A DNA stretch of 64,000 nucleotides from Candidatus Latescibacterota bacterium (GCA_965223905.1 CBDCXV010000010.1:32001-96000); one strand, 5' to 3'; shown: positions 54,207 through 63,278, numbered from the stretch's first letter. The notes: generated by a model from the letters alone, not told the origin. Numbers and translations: made by a program.

Positions 54207-54277
54207 CGGCGAGGGGGCGGAAGGCTACGGTCCTCCGCCTAAACCCACAGCCGGTGCCCCAAGTGCCGGCGCAACCC
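54198..54277 (+). ncRNA. Twister ribozyme type P5 (#5); predicted cleavage 54240/54241
   Basis: P5 GGGUUGU/GCAACCC; GGC-GAGGG-[P1 GGCGGA..UCCGCC]-U^AA-ACC-CAC-A-[P4 GCCGGU GCCCCAAGU GCCGGC]. Confidence 0.78.
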
Positions 54278-54290
54278 ACAGGAGGAACGG

Positions 54291-55052
54291 ATGAAGTCAT
54301 TGGATGAGTGCCACGACCTGCTCGTGCAGGGAGTGAGAGAGAGGAAGAAAGAGCTGATCGAGGAGGCCCGCAACGAGGCGGCGCCGTGGTCCCTGCCCAA
54401 GATCGTGCTGAGCATGACCGGCGTGGATCTCGTCGGAACCAAGGGACACGGAAGCAACTACCTCCCGAAGGACGGCGAGCCCACCAGCGAGGTTGTCGAC
54501 CGGATCGCGATGGCCCTGTGCGGGTCGATCTTCATCGCCGACACCCTCGACAACGAGGCGAGGGACATCATTCAGAGCCGCATCTCCCTGTTGGATCAAT
54601 GGGCAGAAACGGAGAATCTGGAGACGGCGGCTCGGTTCCTGATCGAGAACCGTTGCGAGCGCAAGGTGCCGGCGACGACGGCCGCTGATTCCATCCTGTT
54701 GCTGAAGCCCTTCGTTTTTCCGCGCTACATCTCCGAGGCGGTGAAGGCGTACACCGAGCGCATCAGGCAGCACAACCGGAAGCTGATGCAGGAGGAGGAG
54801 GAGAGGGTGAGAGCGAGGCGGGCAGAGCAGGAAAACCGCGTTCACCTCGACATCATGCGAAACGGCCACTCTCTCGCCGCAGCCACCTTGAAGGGGCCGG
54901 GGGCGTGGGACATCGCCGAGGTGCTCTGCAAGAGCTTGGCGAGCGGTCCCCAATTCAGCGACTCGTTCCTGCGAATCACGTCGGGTCCCGAAAGCCGCGA
55001 GATCCCTCTTGATCTCGGCGGCAAGTTCGATGAGGAAGAGGAAGAAGAATGA
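54291..55052 (+). CDS. Hypothetical protein
   Basis: AGGAGG RBS; 253 aa. Confidence 0.75.
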   Translation: MKSLDECHDLLVQGVRERKKELIEEARNEAAPWSLPKIVLSMTGVDLVGTKGHGSNYLPKDGEPTSEVVDRIAMALCGSIFIADTLDNEARDIIQSRISLLDQWAETENLETAARFLIENRCERKVPATTAADSILLLKPFVFPRYISEAVKAYTERIRQHNRKLMQEEEERVRARRAEQENRVHLDIMRNGHSLAAATLKGPGAWDIAEVLCKSLASGPQFSDSFLRITSGPESREIPLDLGGKFDEEEEEE

Positions 55053-55206
55053 AACCGACTCCTCCCCGTGGAGGAACAGGACCGGGGGGGGAGTGATGAA
55101 TCCAGACTGGCAAGAATCGCCTTGCAAGGGGGAGGGGGAAGGACTGCGAGGGTCCTCCCCCTCCCGAACAACAACCACTCATCCCGAGAAGGAGAATGGA
55201 TAGCCA

Positions 55207-55934
55207 TGAAGATGCACAACTCCGCAGACCGCGTCACCTGCGCCCGTGAGGCGCCCGGCGCCGGCAGGGTATCGGAGGCCGGCCCGGTGTACGACGGCCC
55301 TCTGGCGGCTCCTACGTGCCGCGAGCGGCTGATTTCGGACGGTCCCGAGTCGATGCGCGATTCGGAACTGCTGACCGTCGCCCTGGGTAGTACGGAAGAG
55401 GACGCCCGCGAGATCGTCGAGCGCTTCGACTTCGGCGAGCTGGTCAACCTGAGCGTCGACAAGCTCGCCAACCTGAGCGGCGTCACCTCCTGCCGCGCGG
55501 CGCGGCTGCTGGCCGCCGTCGAGATCGCCCGCCGGGCGCTGAATCGCGGCATCGGCATCCTGCCGGTGATTACGACGCCCGTCGAGACGATTCCGCTGCT
55601 GGCCGACATCAAGGACGAGCTCAAGGAGTTCTTCGTCTGCCTGTATCTGAACGCCCGCAATCAGGTGATCCACAAGGAGGTCGTCAGCATCGGCTCGCTG
55701 TCGGCGTCCATCGTCCACCCCCGCGAGGTGTTCCGGATCGGCGTGGCCAAGTGCGCGGCTTCGGTCATCCTCGCCCACAATCATCCCTCCGGGGACGTGT
55801 CGCCCTCCAAGGACGACATCGACCTGACGCACAGGCTGCGGGAGGCCGGGCTCATCATGGGCATCGAGGTGCTGGACCACATCATCATCGCCCGCTCGGA
55901 TTTCTGCAGCCTGAAGGAGACCGGGATCGTATGA
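55207..55934 (+). CDS. radC: RadC-family (JAB domain) protein
   Basis: RERL...G..S..D.ELL, KEFF.CLYLNARNQVI, VHPREVF, AHNHPSGD..PS..D, VLDHIII. Confidence 0.92.
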
Positions 55935-56116
55935 GCAAGACAACGGCTTTTCCACCTGAGCGGATCGAGAAGGCGGCGAGGATCTACCACTCGACCGGCG
56001 ACGCGGCGGCGGCCCTCGGGATCGCCCCGTCCAGCTTCGGCCGTCTGTGTCGGCGCTACGGCATCGCCACCCCCGGCCAGCGGCGCCAGGCTCGCCGTGA
56101 GACGGGCGGCAACTGA
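55931..56116 (+). CDS. Small HTH protein
   Basis: ATGA-coupled; STGDAAAALGIAPSSFGRLCRRYGI. Confidence 0.7.
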   Translation: MSKTTAFPPERIEKAARIYHSTGDAAAALGIAPSSFGRLCRRYGIATPGQRRQARRETGGN

Positions 56117-56637
56117 AACCAAGGAGCAGGGGGGGGCCATGTCGAGCCCTCCCCTGCCTTCCCGTCAATCGACAATCGACTGAGGAAGGTTCACCTGATG
56201 GCCCCTTACGACAACGGGCAATACAACCAGAACGGCAACCGCTGACGGGGCTTCCCCCCCGAGGCGCCGGTGTCGCCCGTTGTCGAGGGGTACGCGGGCA
56301 AAAAGCTTTCTCGTCGAGCCGGAAACCGGAGTTGGAATCTTTCCCGAAGGGGAACAATCTTTGGGAAGAATGAGAAACGAGGAAATGGGCGAAGAAGAGA
56401 GCCGGAAACCCCACACGCCGCAGGATTTCGAGGCCGCCGCCGCCGTCGATCAGGAGGCCGCGGCTCGTCGGCGGCGGGAAAGCGAGCTGTTCAAAAGCGG
56501 CAGTGGATCGAGCGCAACAGGCAAGCGAATCTGGCCCGGCGCATCCTCAACCGCCTGCTCCGCGCATAGCTCTGCGGTTGTGACGACGGGAGGACGGACG
56601 GGTTGCGAGAGAAATACCCAACAGGGAAGGAAAGACC

Positions 56638-57162
56638 ATGAAGAAGTGCAGTGAATGCAATAACCCCATTCCAGAGGACCGGCTGAAATTGCAACCGAAC
56701 GTCAAGACCTGCTCGGACATCTGCTCAGCGATGCGCCAAGGGTCGAAGGGCAACCAGCGCTCGAAGTCCTATCGTCAGCGCGTTCGGAAGAGCCTGGGGG
56801 AGCTCGAACACGTTCCTCTGGTCGAGGACACCACCTTGATCGTCCGCCGTGGCCACGTCGTCGGGTGGCAACCGGAAGGAGAGGGGTGGAAACTGGTCGC
56901 AGTGGTTCGCGCAACGCATGAGGGCAGGGCAACCCATGTCTGCCCCGTCAGTTCCTGGGGACAGCAAAAAGCCACGTCGGCCACCCGGTTGTCGGGCGGG
57001 AAGATAGCCGTCCTGCCCCCCCAATGGGCTCAAGACCAGGAGTGGGTGAGGGACCTCGCCCAGGTATCATTTTCGGATTTGAAGGCTCTGGAAAAGTCGT
57101 TGGATACCCTGGCCCAGCGCCGCTCGTCCTCCGACTGCGCAGGTCAGGAAAGCGGGAGATAA
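56638..57162 (+). CDS. Hypothetical protein with an N-terminal CxxC..CS..C zinc finger (copy 1)
   Basis: MKKCSECNNPIP...KTCSDICS; paralog of the 58337 gene. Confidence 0.75.
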   Translation: MKKCSECNNPIPEDRLKLQPNVKTCSDICSAMRQGSKGNQRSKSYRQRVRKSLGELEHVPLVEDTTLIVRRGHVVGWQPEGEGWKLVAVVRATHEGRATHVCPVSSWGQQKATSATRLSGGKIAVLPPQWAQDQEWVRDLAQVSFSDLKALEKSLDTLAQRRSSSDCAGQESGR

Positions 57163-57190
57163 ACTCACCCGGAAAACGGGGGATGTGCTT

Positions 57191-57649
57191 TCATTGGTCT
57201 TTGGAAATCACCTTTTCTATATACTCCTGGAAACGGTCACGAGTCCGGCCCTTGTTGTGGCAGTTGAGCTCGACAATGGCTTTCTGGTAGCCATCCCGGA
57301 GTGCCTGCTCAATCATGTCTCGTTTCGTGCACTTGGTTTCGGTTTTGTATTGGCCGATCCGCTCGTACAGTTTCGGGGTGAAGGCGATTGTGACTGGTTT
57401 GCGGTCTTCAACTACCGGCGCTATTACTAAGAAGTTGTATGTGCCCTCCTTCAATTCCAGTCGTTTCTGCCAGAGCTCGTTCAGCTTGTGTTGTCGGGCT
57501 ATCTCCAGGCCGTAGTGGATGCACAGGTACATGAAGACCTGCCGTGAAACCTGGCATTCTTGGGCTCGATCCCCCAAAAAGGCGACGAAATCAGGGGGGA
57601 GTCTGAAGGTAATTCTGATCGTTTTGTGCGGGGGAAGTTTTCGGACCAC
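57191..57649 (-). CDS. Putative tandem ribbon-helix-helix DNA-binding protein
   Basis: RITFRLPPDFVAFLGDRAQECQVSRQVF and VTIAFTPKLYERIGQYKTETKCTKRDMIEQAL; AAGGA RBS. Confidence 0.55.
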   Translation of the reverse strand: MVRKLPPHKTIRITFRLPPDFVAFLGDRAQECQVSRQVFMYLCIHYGLEIARQHKLNELWQKRLELKEGTYNFLVIAPVVEDRKPVTIAFTPKLYERIGQYKTETKCTKRDMIEQALRDGYQKAIVELNCHNKGRTRDRFQEYIEKVISKDQ

Positions 57650-57728
57650 GGTGGTTCCTTTGTCGTTAATCGAGAGAATCCAAAGCCCCTTTTACGTCGA
57701 GCCTTTTCCACCCCAGCCCATCAACCAA

Positions 57729-57881
57729 GATTCTCTCGTAAAAACCCTACGTCGCTCAGAATGCCCGGTTTGTCATACAGCATATAGTGTATGCGTTGTC
57801 TTCTTTAGCCAATATATAGTGGTTCTCTAATGTGCTGAATCGCTGAACATCCTCAAAATGGGGTTTATACGGAGGAGTCAA
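57729..57881 (+). repeat. ~150-bp imperfect inverted repeat, left copy (partner 62277..62432)
   Basis: GATTCTCTCGTAAAAACCCT...AATGCCCGGTTTGTCATACA...CTAATGTGCTGAATCGCTGAACATCCTCAAAA...GGAGTCAA is reverse-complemented at 62277-62432. Confidence 0.9.
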
Positions 57882-58336
57882 CCAAGTAGACGCTTCGGAT
57901 ACTACCGAACTTTTGGGGGAATCGAAAAGCCTCCGACTGCGCAGGTCAGGAAAGCGGGAGATTTCGGCCTCCGGTCGAACCGGAGAGCGAGGGTTATAAG
58001 GTGCAGCCCCCCTGAAACGAAATGCAACTCCCGGCAGCCCCTCAGTTGAGGGACTGGCCTGCGACAGCGACCCGTCCGACTGCTTGCCGCCGCGGCGTCG
58101 CCTCCTGCACCCCTTACGCCACGGGATTTCGAGACCGCCGCCGCTCTCGACCTGAACGCCGCCGACCGCCGCCGCCAGGAAAGCGAGCGGCTCAAAGCGC
58201 TTTCTCTGCGGCGCCACCCGACCGAATCGGTGGGACGCCGCCTGCTCAACCGCCTCCTGCGCGCCCTGTCCGCCCTGCTGTGATAAGGGGGACGGGGACG
58301 GTCGGGAGGATACCAGGAAGGAACAGGGAGAGCACA

Positions 58337-58836
58337 ATGAAGAAGTGCACGGTATGTAGAAAGAACATTCCAGCCGCCCGGTTCAGAGCGCGGCCACACA
58401 CCAAAACCTGCTCGGTCGCCTGCTCCGGGATTCGCCAGGGGAACAAGGGCAGCAATCGCTCGAAGTCCTACCTCCAGCGCGTACGCAAAACCCTCGTGGA
58501 GGTCCCGCACGTGCCCCTGGTCGCCGGCACCGAACTGAAAGTCCGCAAGGGCCACGTCGTCGGCGTGAAGCACGCCGAGGGGGGCAGGTGGCACCTGGCC
58601 GTGGTGGTGCGCGCTACGCAGGAAGGCAAGGCGATTCATGCCTGTCCCGCCAGCGAATGGGCGACGACAAGTGCCACGCCGGCCACCCGGTTGGCCGGCG
58701 GGACGGTCGCCGTCCTGCCGCCCGAGTGGGCCGAGAATCAGGAGCTGGCCGTCGAGCTCGAGGAACAGCGGTCCCGTATCTGGAGGAACTGCGGCAGGCG
58801 GTGGTGGAACGGCGGGAGGCGGTGAGCCAGGGGTAA
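58337..58836 (+). CDS. Zinc-finger hypothetical protein (copy 2), frameshift near 58771
   Basis: MKKCTVCRKNIP...KTCSVACS; paralog of 56638..57162. Confidence 0.75.
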
Positions 58837-58932
58837 AACCAGAACCTGCGCTGCGGGGCGGGGGCGGGCAGTCGTTGATCTTCCTCGATCAGCGGCTGCC
58901 CGCTTTTTGATTCAGGTCACCGCTCGCGGCTC

Positions 58933-58968
58933 GCTTCAATGAGGCCGGGATCCGAGGACCCCGGAAAG
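58933..58968 (-). CRISPR. Solitary perfect copy of the type I-G-like CRISPR repeat
   Basis: GCTTCAATGAGGCCGGGATCCGAGGACCCCGGAAAG, 1 kb from the array. Confidence 0.9.
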
Positions 58969-59031
58969 AAGCTCAACATCCCTTCAAGGGTAAATCGTTG
59001 TCGGACAGATAGTTACTTCAAAATCTGTATC

Positions 59032-59430
59032 TCATCGGGTTGAGGGAACTTCTTCGGATTCCTGCTCTTGCCTATCGAGGAAGTTCAGCACTTCCTTGTT
59101 ACCCTCCTCTTCAGCTTTTTTCCTGATTGCCTTTCGTTCCTTCTCCTGGCCGCGTTCCTCATTGCGCTTGAGAACGTAATCCCGAAGAGCGCCCATAGTG
59201 TCCCATCCTATTGTTACGGAATAGGTTATAACGATCCAGGACCCGGCAATTTCGGCTAGGCCTCTGATGAGTTGCTTTGAAGTACAAACTCCCTTCGCCC
59301 AAGTCGAATAGTCATAATGCTGAAATGTGATAGCATAGATCAGCCAGGACAGGCTCGAGAGAACGATCCACCCGATACAGAACCGTAGCCTTTGGCCTTC
59401 CTTGATACTCCAAATCGAGACAAGTCCCAA
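59032..59430 (-). CDS. Small low-GC membrane protein with two predicted TM helices and a charged tail
   Basis: GAGG RBS; hydrophobic FCIGWIVLSSLSWLIYAITF and LAEIAGSWIVITYSVTIGW; lies between two stray CRISPR repeats. Confidence 0.6.
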   Translation of the reverse strand: MGLVSIWSIKEGQRLRFCIGWIVLSSLSWLIYAITFQHYDYSTWAKGVCTSKQLIRGLAEIAGSWIVITYSVTIGWDTMGALRDYVLKRNEERGQEKERKAIRKKAEEEGNKEVLNFLDRQEQESEEVPSTR

Positions 59431-59508
59431 TGGTATCCCTCACATTGGCTATCCCAGATGAAATAGGCTACCCCGAATCCATCAGGCTGCTGGCTTGCGT
59501 GTCTGGCG

Positions 59509-59537
59509 CTTTCTCCGAATCCCGGCCTCATTGAAGC
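59509..59537 (+). repeat. Inverted, internally deleted CRISPR repeat
   Basis: CTTTC-TCCGAATCCCGGCCTCATTGAAGC versus the consensus CTTTCCGGGGTCCTCGGATCCCGGCCTCATTGAAGC. Confidence 0.8.
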
Positions 59538-59938
59538 ATCTTGCCCGAATGAGGTCCCGCTTATTTGCCAACTCCGGGGAGCTACCCCCGAGCGTGGGTC
59601 TGAGGCTGTTCTATTCAGCGAGAGGCCCGACAACGGGGCTCTGTACTGGTGATAGGCATCCGCCAAAATAGACACCTTATCCACAGACAACAACCCCTCT
59701 TTGACGGTCACGGGCATCCTCAGTACCCCTACGGCAGATATGCCGTTAGGGGTACTTCCTTTCAGTCTGAAAACAGGGGAGAAGCAAGGAACGGTAGCCG
59801 TCCTGCCGGCCGAGTGGGCCGAGAATCAGGAGCTGGCCGCCGAGCTCGAGGAACAGCGGTTCCCGTATCTGGAAGAACTGCGGCAGGCGGTGGTGGTGGA
59901 ACGGCGCATTCGGAGACGCGGAGCATTGCGTCCGACAT

Positions 59939-60854
59939 GCTTCAATGAGGCCGGGATCCGAGGACCCCGGAAAGCCGCGTAGGTAGTTGGCAATTCGAGG
60001 TGTACCAAGGGGCTTCAATGAGGCCGGGATCCGAGGACCCCGGAAAGGACCTTCGCGAAGAACTTCGCGATCTCGACGAGGAGGCTTCAATGAGGCCGGG
60101 ATCCGAGGACCCCGGAAAGACGGTCCGCTCGCAGCTTTCCCGCTTCTCCCTGCTGGCTTCAATGAGGCCGGGATCCGAGGACCCCGGAAAGCTCCTCGAA
60201 TGAGCTGTTTCGATTAATCGAGCTCATAGGTTGCTTCAATGAGGCCGGGATCCGAGGACCCCGGAAAGCCCGGACCCTGGGAACCAACAGCCACGGGAAC
60301 CAAGAGCTTCAATGAGGCCGGGATCCGAGGACCCCGGAAAGCGATCGGCTGGCCAACGGGTGGCGCGAAGTTTGTCCCGGCATTGCTTCAATGAGGCCGG
60401 GATCCGAGGACCCCGGAAAGTTGAGTGAAGACGCGGAGGATCGGCTCCGAAAGGGATTGCTTCAATGAGGCCGGGATCCGAGGACCCCGGAAAGCAGCTA
60501 TAAAGGAGGAATTTGGGGGAAAGACCTTAGCTTCAATGAGGCCGGGATCCGAGGACCCCGGAAAGTCGATGATTGGGCCAACTTCTCCTCCGGATACTCG
60601 CTTCAATGAGGCCGGGATCCGAGGACCCCGGAAAGGTGAGTATTGAATAGTCATCCTTTTCAATGTTACCAGCTTCAATGAGGCCGGGATCCGAGGACCC
60701 CGGAAAGTAGAAGAATCGCATGAGTTTTACATAGAAGAGGAACCTGGCTTCAATGAGGCCGGGATCCGAGGACCCCGGAAAGCAGCGCATCACCTATCGG
60801 CCGGAAGGGCCGGACGGCGCTTCAATGAGGCCGGGATCCGAGGACCCCGGAAAG
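59939..60854 (-). CRISPR. Orphan CRISPR array, 13 repeats of 36 bp and 12 spacers of 34-43 bp, type I-G (I-U)-like repeat
   Basis: Repeats start at 59939, 60012, 60084, 60156, 60233, 60306, 60385, 60459, 60530, 60600, 60672, 60747 and 60819. The minus-strand repeat ends in ATTGAAGC; putative leader at 60855-61030; no cas genes in the window. Confidence 0.97.
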
Positions 60855-61072
60855 GGCCGGCCCTGACAACCGCAGTAATCATAACACGTTACAGAAGGAA
60901 ATGCGAGAGGTTCGCAAAAGGTCTGTCGGGCTGCGGTCCATCCTCTGGCGGTGAGAGGGATAAGTCCTTGTCTTGCAGAGGCTGCGAGCGACGCCGGGAT
61001 TATTTTCACCGTTCCGCCGCTCGCCTTAGTTGCATAGCTCGGTCGATGCAGGAAAACCGCCCAGCCTTCGTC

Positions 61073-61287
61073 AGGAACGGTAGCCGTCCTGCCGCCCGAG
61101 TGGGCCGAGAATCAGGAACTGGCCGTCGAGCTCGAGGAACAGCGGTTCCCGTATCTGGAGGAACTGCGGGAGGCGGTGGTGGTGGAACGGCGGGAGGCGG
61201 TGAGCCAAGGGTAAATCAGGAACCTGCGCTGCGGGGCGGGGGCGGGCAGTCGTTGATCTTCCTTCGATCAGCGGCTGCCCGCTTTTC
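61073..61287 (+). repeat. Third copy of the 3' end of the zinc-finger gene (others at ~58702-58907 and ~59788-59906)
   Basis: GCCGTCCTGCCG.CCGAGTGGGCCGAGAATCAGGA.CTGGCCG.CGAGCTCGAGGAACAGCGG occurs three times. Confidence 0.9.
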
Positions 61288-61450
61288 TTTGCCCCAAAAA
61301 AAGGCTCTCCCCGAGAGTCCGGAATTAGTTGTTTCAGGGCGTTCAAAGCGATTTCGAGAGGAATCTTGTATATTTGCTCTGAAAGCACCAAAGGCCCGTT
61401 TCTGGAGGATCTGCGGGAGGCAGGCGGAAAGGGCGGAAGGAGTGCTACCG

Positions 61451-61747
61451 ATGTCTGAATTATCCCACGAGGGATTTTTGCTGTGTCCGCACTGCGAGGG
61501 CGACTATACTCACCATGATCGCGTGACTGTGTATGCCAGAGTGGAAGACGCGCTGCCAGGACGCCATGTAATCGAGATTCCTGACGAGAATACGACACGC
61601 CCGATGTAAATTCCAGACAACCCTTCTGCTCGTCGCTCGGGTCTTGTCGTTGAAGGGTATTGTGAGTCTTGTAGCGGTCGCTGGGAATTGACTATTGAAC
61701 AGCATAAGGGACAGACGCTTGTCGAGGTCAGAACACAGGAGGATTAA
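61451..61747 (+). pseudogene. Small Cys-rich hypothetical protein, frameshifted
   Basis: LLCPHCEGDYTHH... then in another frame NPSARRSGLVVEGYCESC..LTIEQHKGQT; AAGGAG RBS. Confidence 0.55.
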
Positions 61748-62276
61748 TTCAGGGGGGGGCGTTGTCTTCAGGGTCTGATGATCGCGGCAGATGTTATAGT
61801 GGCTTATTCTCCAGAAGGAGTTTTGCTGGTTTATCGAAAAAAGAGTAGAATAGAAAAGCGAGCCCCGAATGAGGCTCGCTTTTGAAATTCGCCAGGAACC
61901 GGAAAAGGTTGGAGGACCGAAAGGTTCCTGATGTGAAGGTGGGCTAGAAGGCCCCCCTTCTTTCTTACAACTGCCCGGATTACGCTGCTAACACAGCATC
62001 CGGACTTAGCACGGAGGCAATCCGATGCCAATACGGATAGTACGGGATCCGTCCGATTATCGCAAGCGCCCGAGACAGATCCGGAAAGGAAATGAGTTTG
62101 GCTTCAAGTGTGAGGAGTGCGACCGAGAAAAGGATCAGGGAGAGATGTGGTCGAGACTGTGTCGCTCCTGTGAAAGCACTCAGCATCTTCGGTCCCCTTC
62201 CTGAAGATGCTGAGTGCCCCGCCCATCGGGAGCGTGGGACATGTTCTCTCTACAACCCGACATACGCCTCCCAATC

Positions 62277-62432
62277 TTGACTCCTTCGCATAAACCCCAT
62301 TTTTTTGAGGATGTTCAGCGATTCAGCACATTAGAGCGCCACTATATATTGGCCAACGAAGACAGTGCATACACTATATGTTGTATGACAAACCGGGCAT
62401 TTTGATCGACGCAGGGTTTTTACGAGAGAATC
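62277..62432 (-). repeat. ~150-bp imperfect inverted repeat, right copy
   Basis: See 57729..57881. Confidence 0.9.
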
Positions 62433-62435
62433 AAT

Positions 62436-62745
62436 CTTCCATCAGCTTGCGTCGCAGATCGAACAATAGGCCGCCTCCGTCCGAATCGTCGTTGACGTGG
62501 GCCCAGGGCTAGCTCGCAGACCTCGCGGGGCGCCTGAGAGCAACTCGGCCGCCCAATCGCGGAAGCTGCTGCGAACTTGGGGACACCAGCCCCAAGCCGT
62601 CGTCGAACGCTCGCGCCCTGATCCAGGACTGTCCAAGGGCTCGAGGAGCCAAGGGCACGCGGTGCTCCCGGCTTCCTTACATTGCATGCGCTCGCTCGCG
62701 GGGATCGTCCACGTCGCTCCGTCGATTTCGTCCCCCCAACGCCCC
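62436..62745 (-). pseudogene. Degenerate copy of the 3' half of the P4-type integrase
   Basis: EIDGATWTIPASERM...RSSFRDWAAE...; DNA similar to 63325-63705. Confidence 0.85.
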
Positions 62746-62924
62746 CCGCCTTGACTGGTTGACTGTGCTATCCCGATCCTTCCCATGTCTCGGTGCTATT
62801 GGCTGACGTCGCAGATTAACTCGCGCACGGGAGGAGCCCCCCACATGGCCTATCCAGTCTGGGATGTCGTCCGGTTCGTCGTGAGATCCGGTGATATCTA
62901 CGATGATGGTGATTCCATCACCAA

Positions 62925-63278
62925 ATGAGTTACAAAAGCCCGCTACTGGATGAAAAGGATGAATGCACAGCCATGCTGTTGGCTACGGTCCTAATCCGGA
63001 TTCAAACATCAACTCCCGAATCTCCTCTCCGAGAGTTTTCGCGCTTTGGGTATCGAAGCCGGGTTCGCCAGGCCAAAGAAGAAGGAAAAGAGTGGCAAAG
63101 CCCTCTGGAGCTATTTGGAGATGACGAAAAACACCTTTTTGACATTGTTGAAAATATTTCGCTTCGACCTCAATATCAGCCTGTTCTGGCAGTATGCCGG
63201 GCGATTGTGATGAAAGAACCGATGTCGTCCGAGGTCTCCGTTTTTGAGTCGGTTATCGAGGCTCTCGGGATAACCTGA
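62925..63278 (+). CDS. Hypothetical protein (lower GC)
   Basis: 117-aa ORF convergent with the integrase. Confidence 0.45.
   Translation: MSYKSPLLDEKDECTAMLLATVLIRIQTSTPESPLREFSRFGYRSRVRQAKEEGKEWQSPLELFGDDEKHLFDIVENISLRPQYQPVLAVCRAIVMKEPMSSEVSVFESVIEALGIT

Noticed and set aside
50022-54277. Alternative readings of the intergenic repeats as terminators, REP elements, attC sites or ssDNA promoters
   Set aside because: No U tracts after most copies, no attC RYYYAAC/GTTRRRY boxes and no -35/-10 pairs. The conserved nucleotides and covariation fit the twister core better, though this is not experimentally shown.
59509-59537. Inverted repeat as a tracrRNA anti-repeat
   Set aside because: The repeat is class 1 (I-G)-like and no Cas9 or Cas12 gene is present; kept only as a degenerate repeat.
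59746-60793. ORFs across the CRISPR array
   Set aside because: Translations of repeats and spacers.
8478-61747. Programmed frameshifting or genome-wide pseudogenisation suggested by many 1-bp frameshifts (FN3, S55, M8, IIG R-M, zinc-finger genes)
   Set aside because: No consistent slippery sites. The pattern is equally explained by long-read indel errors and cannot be resolved without reads.
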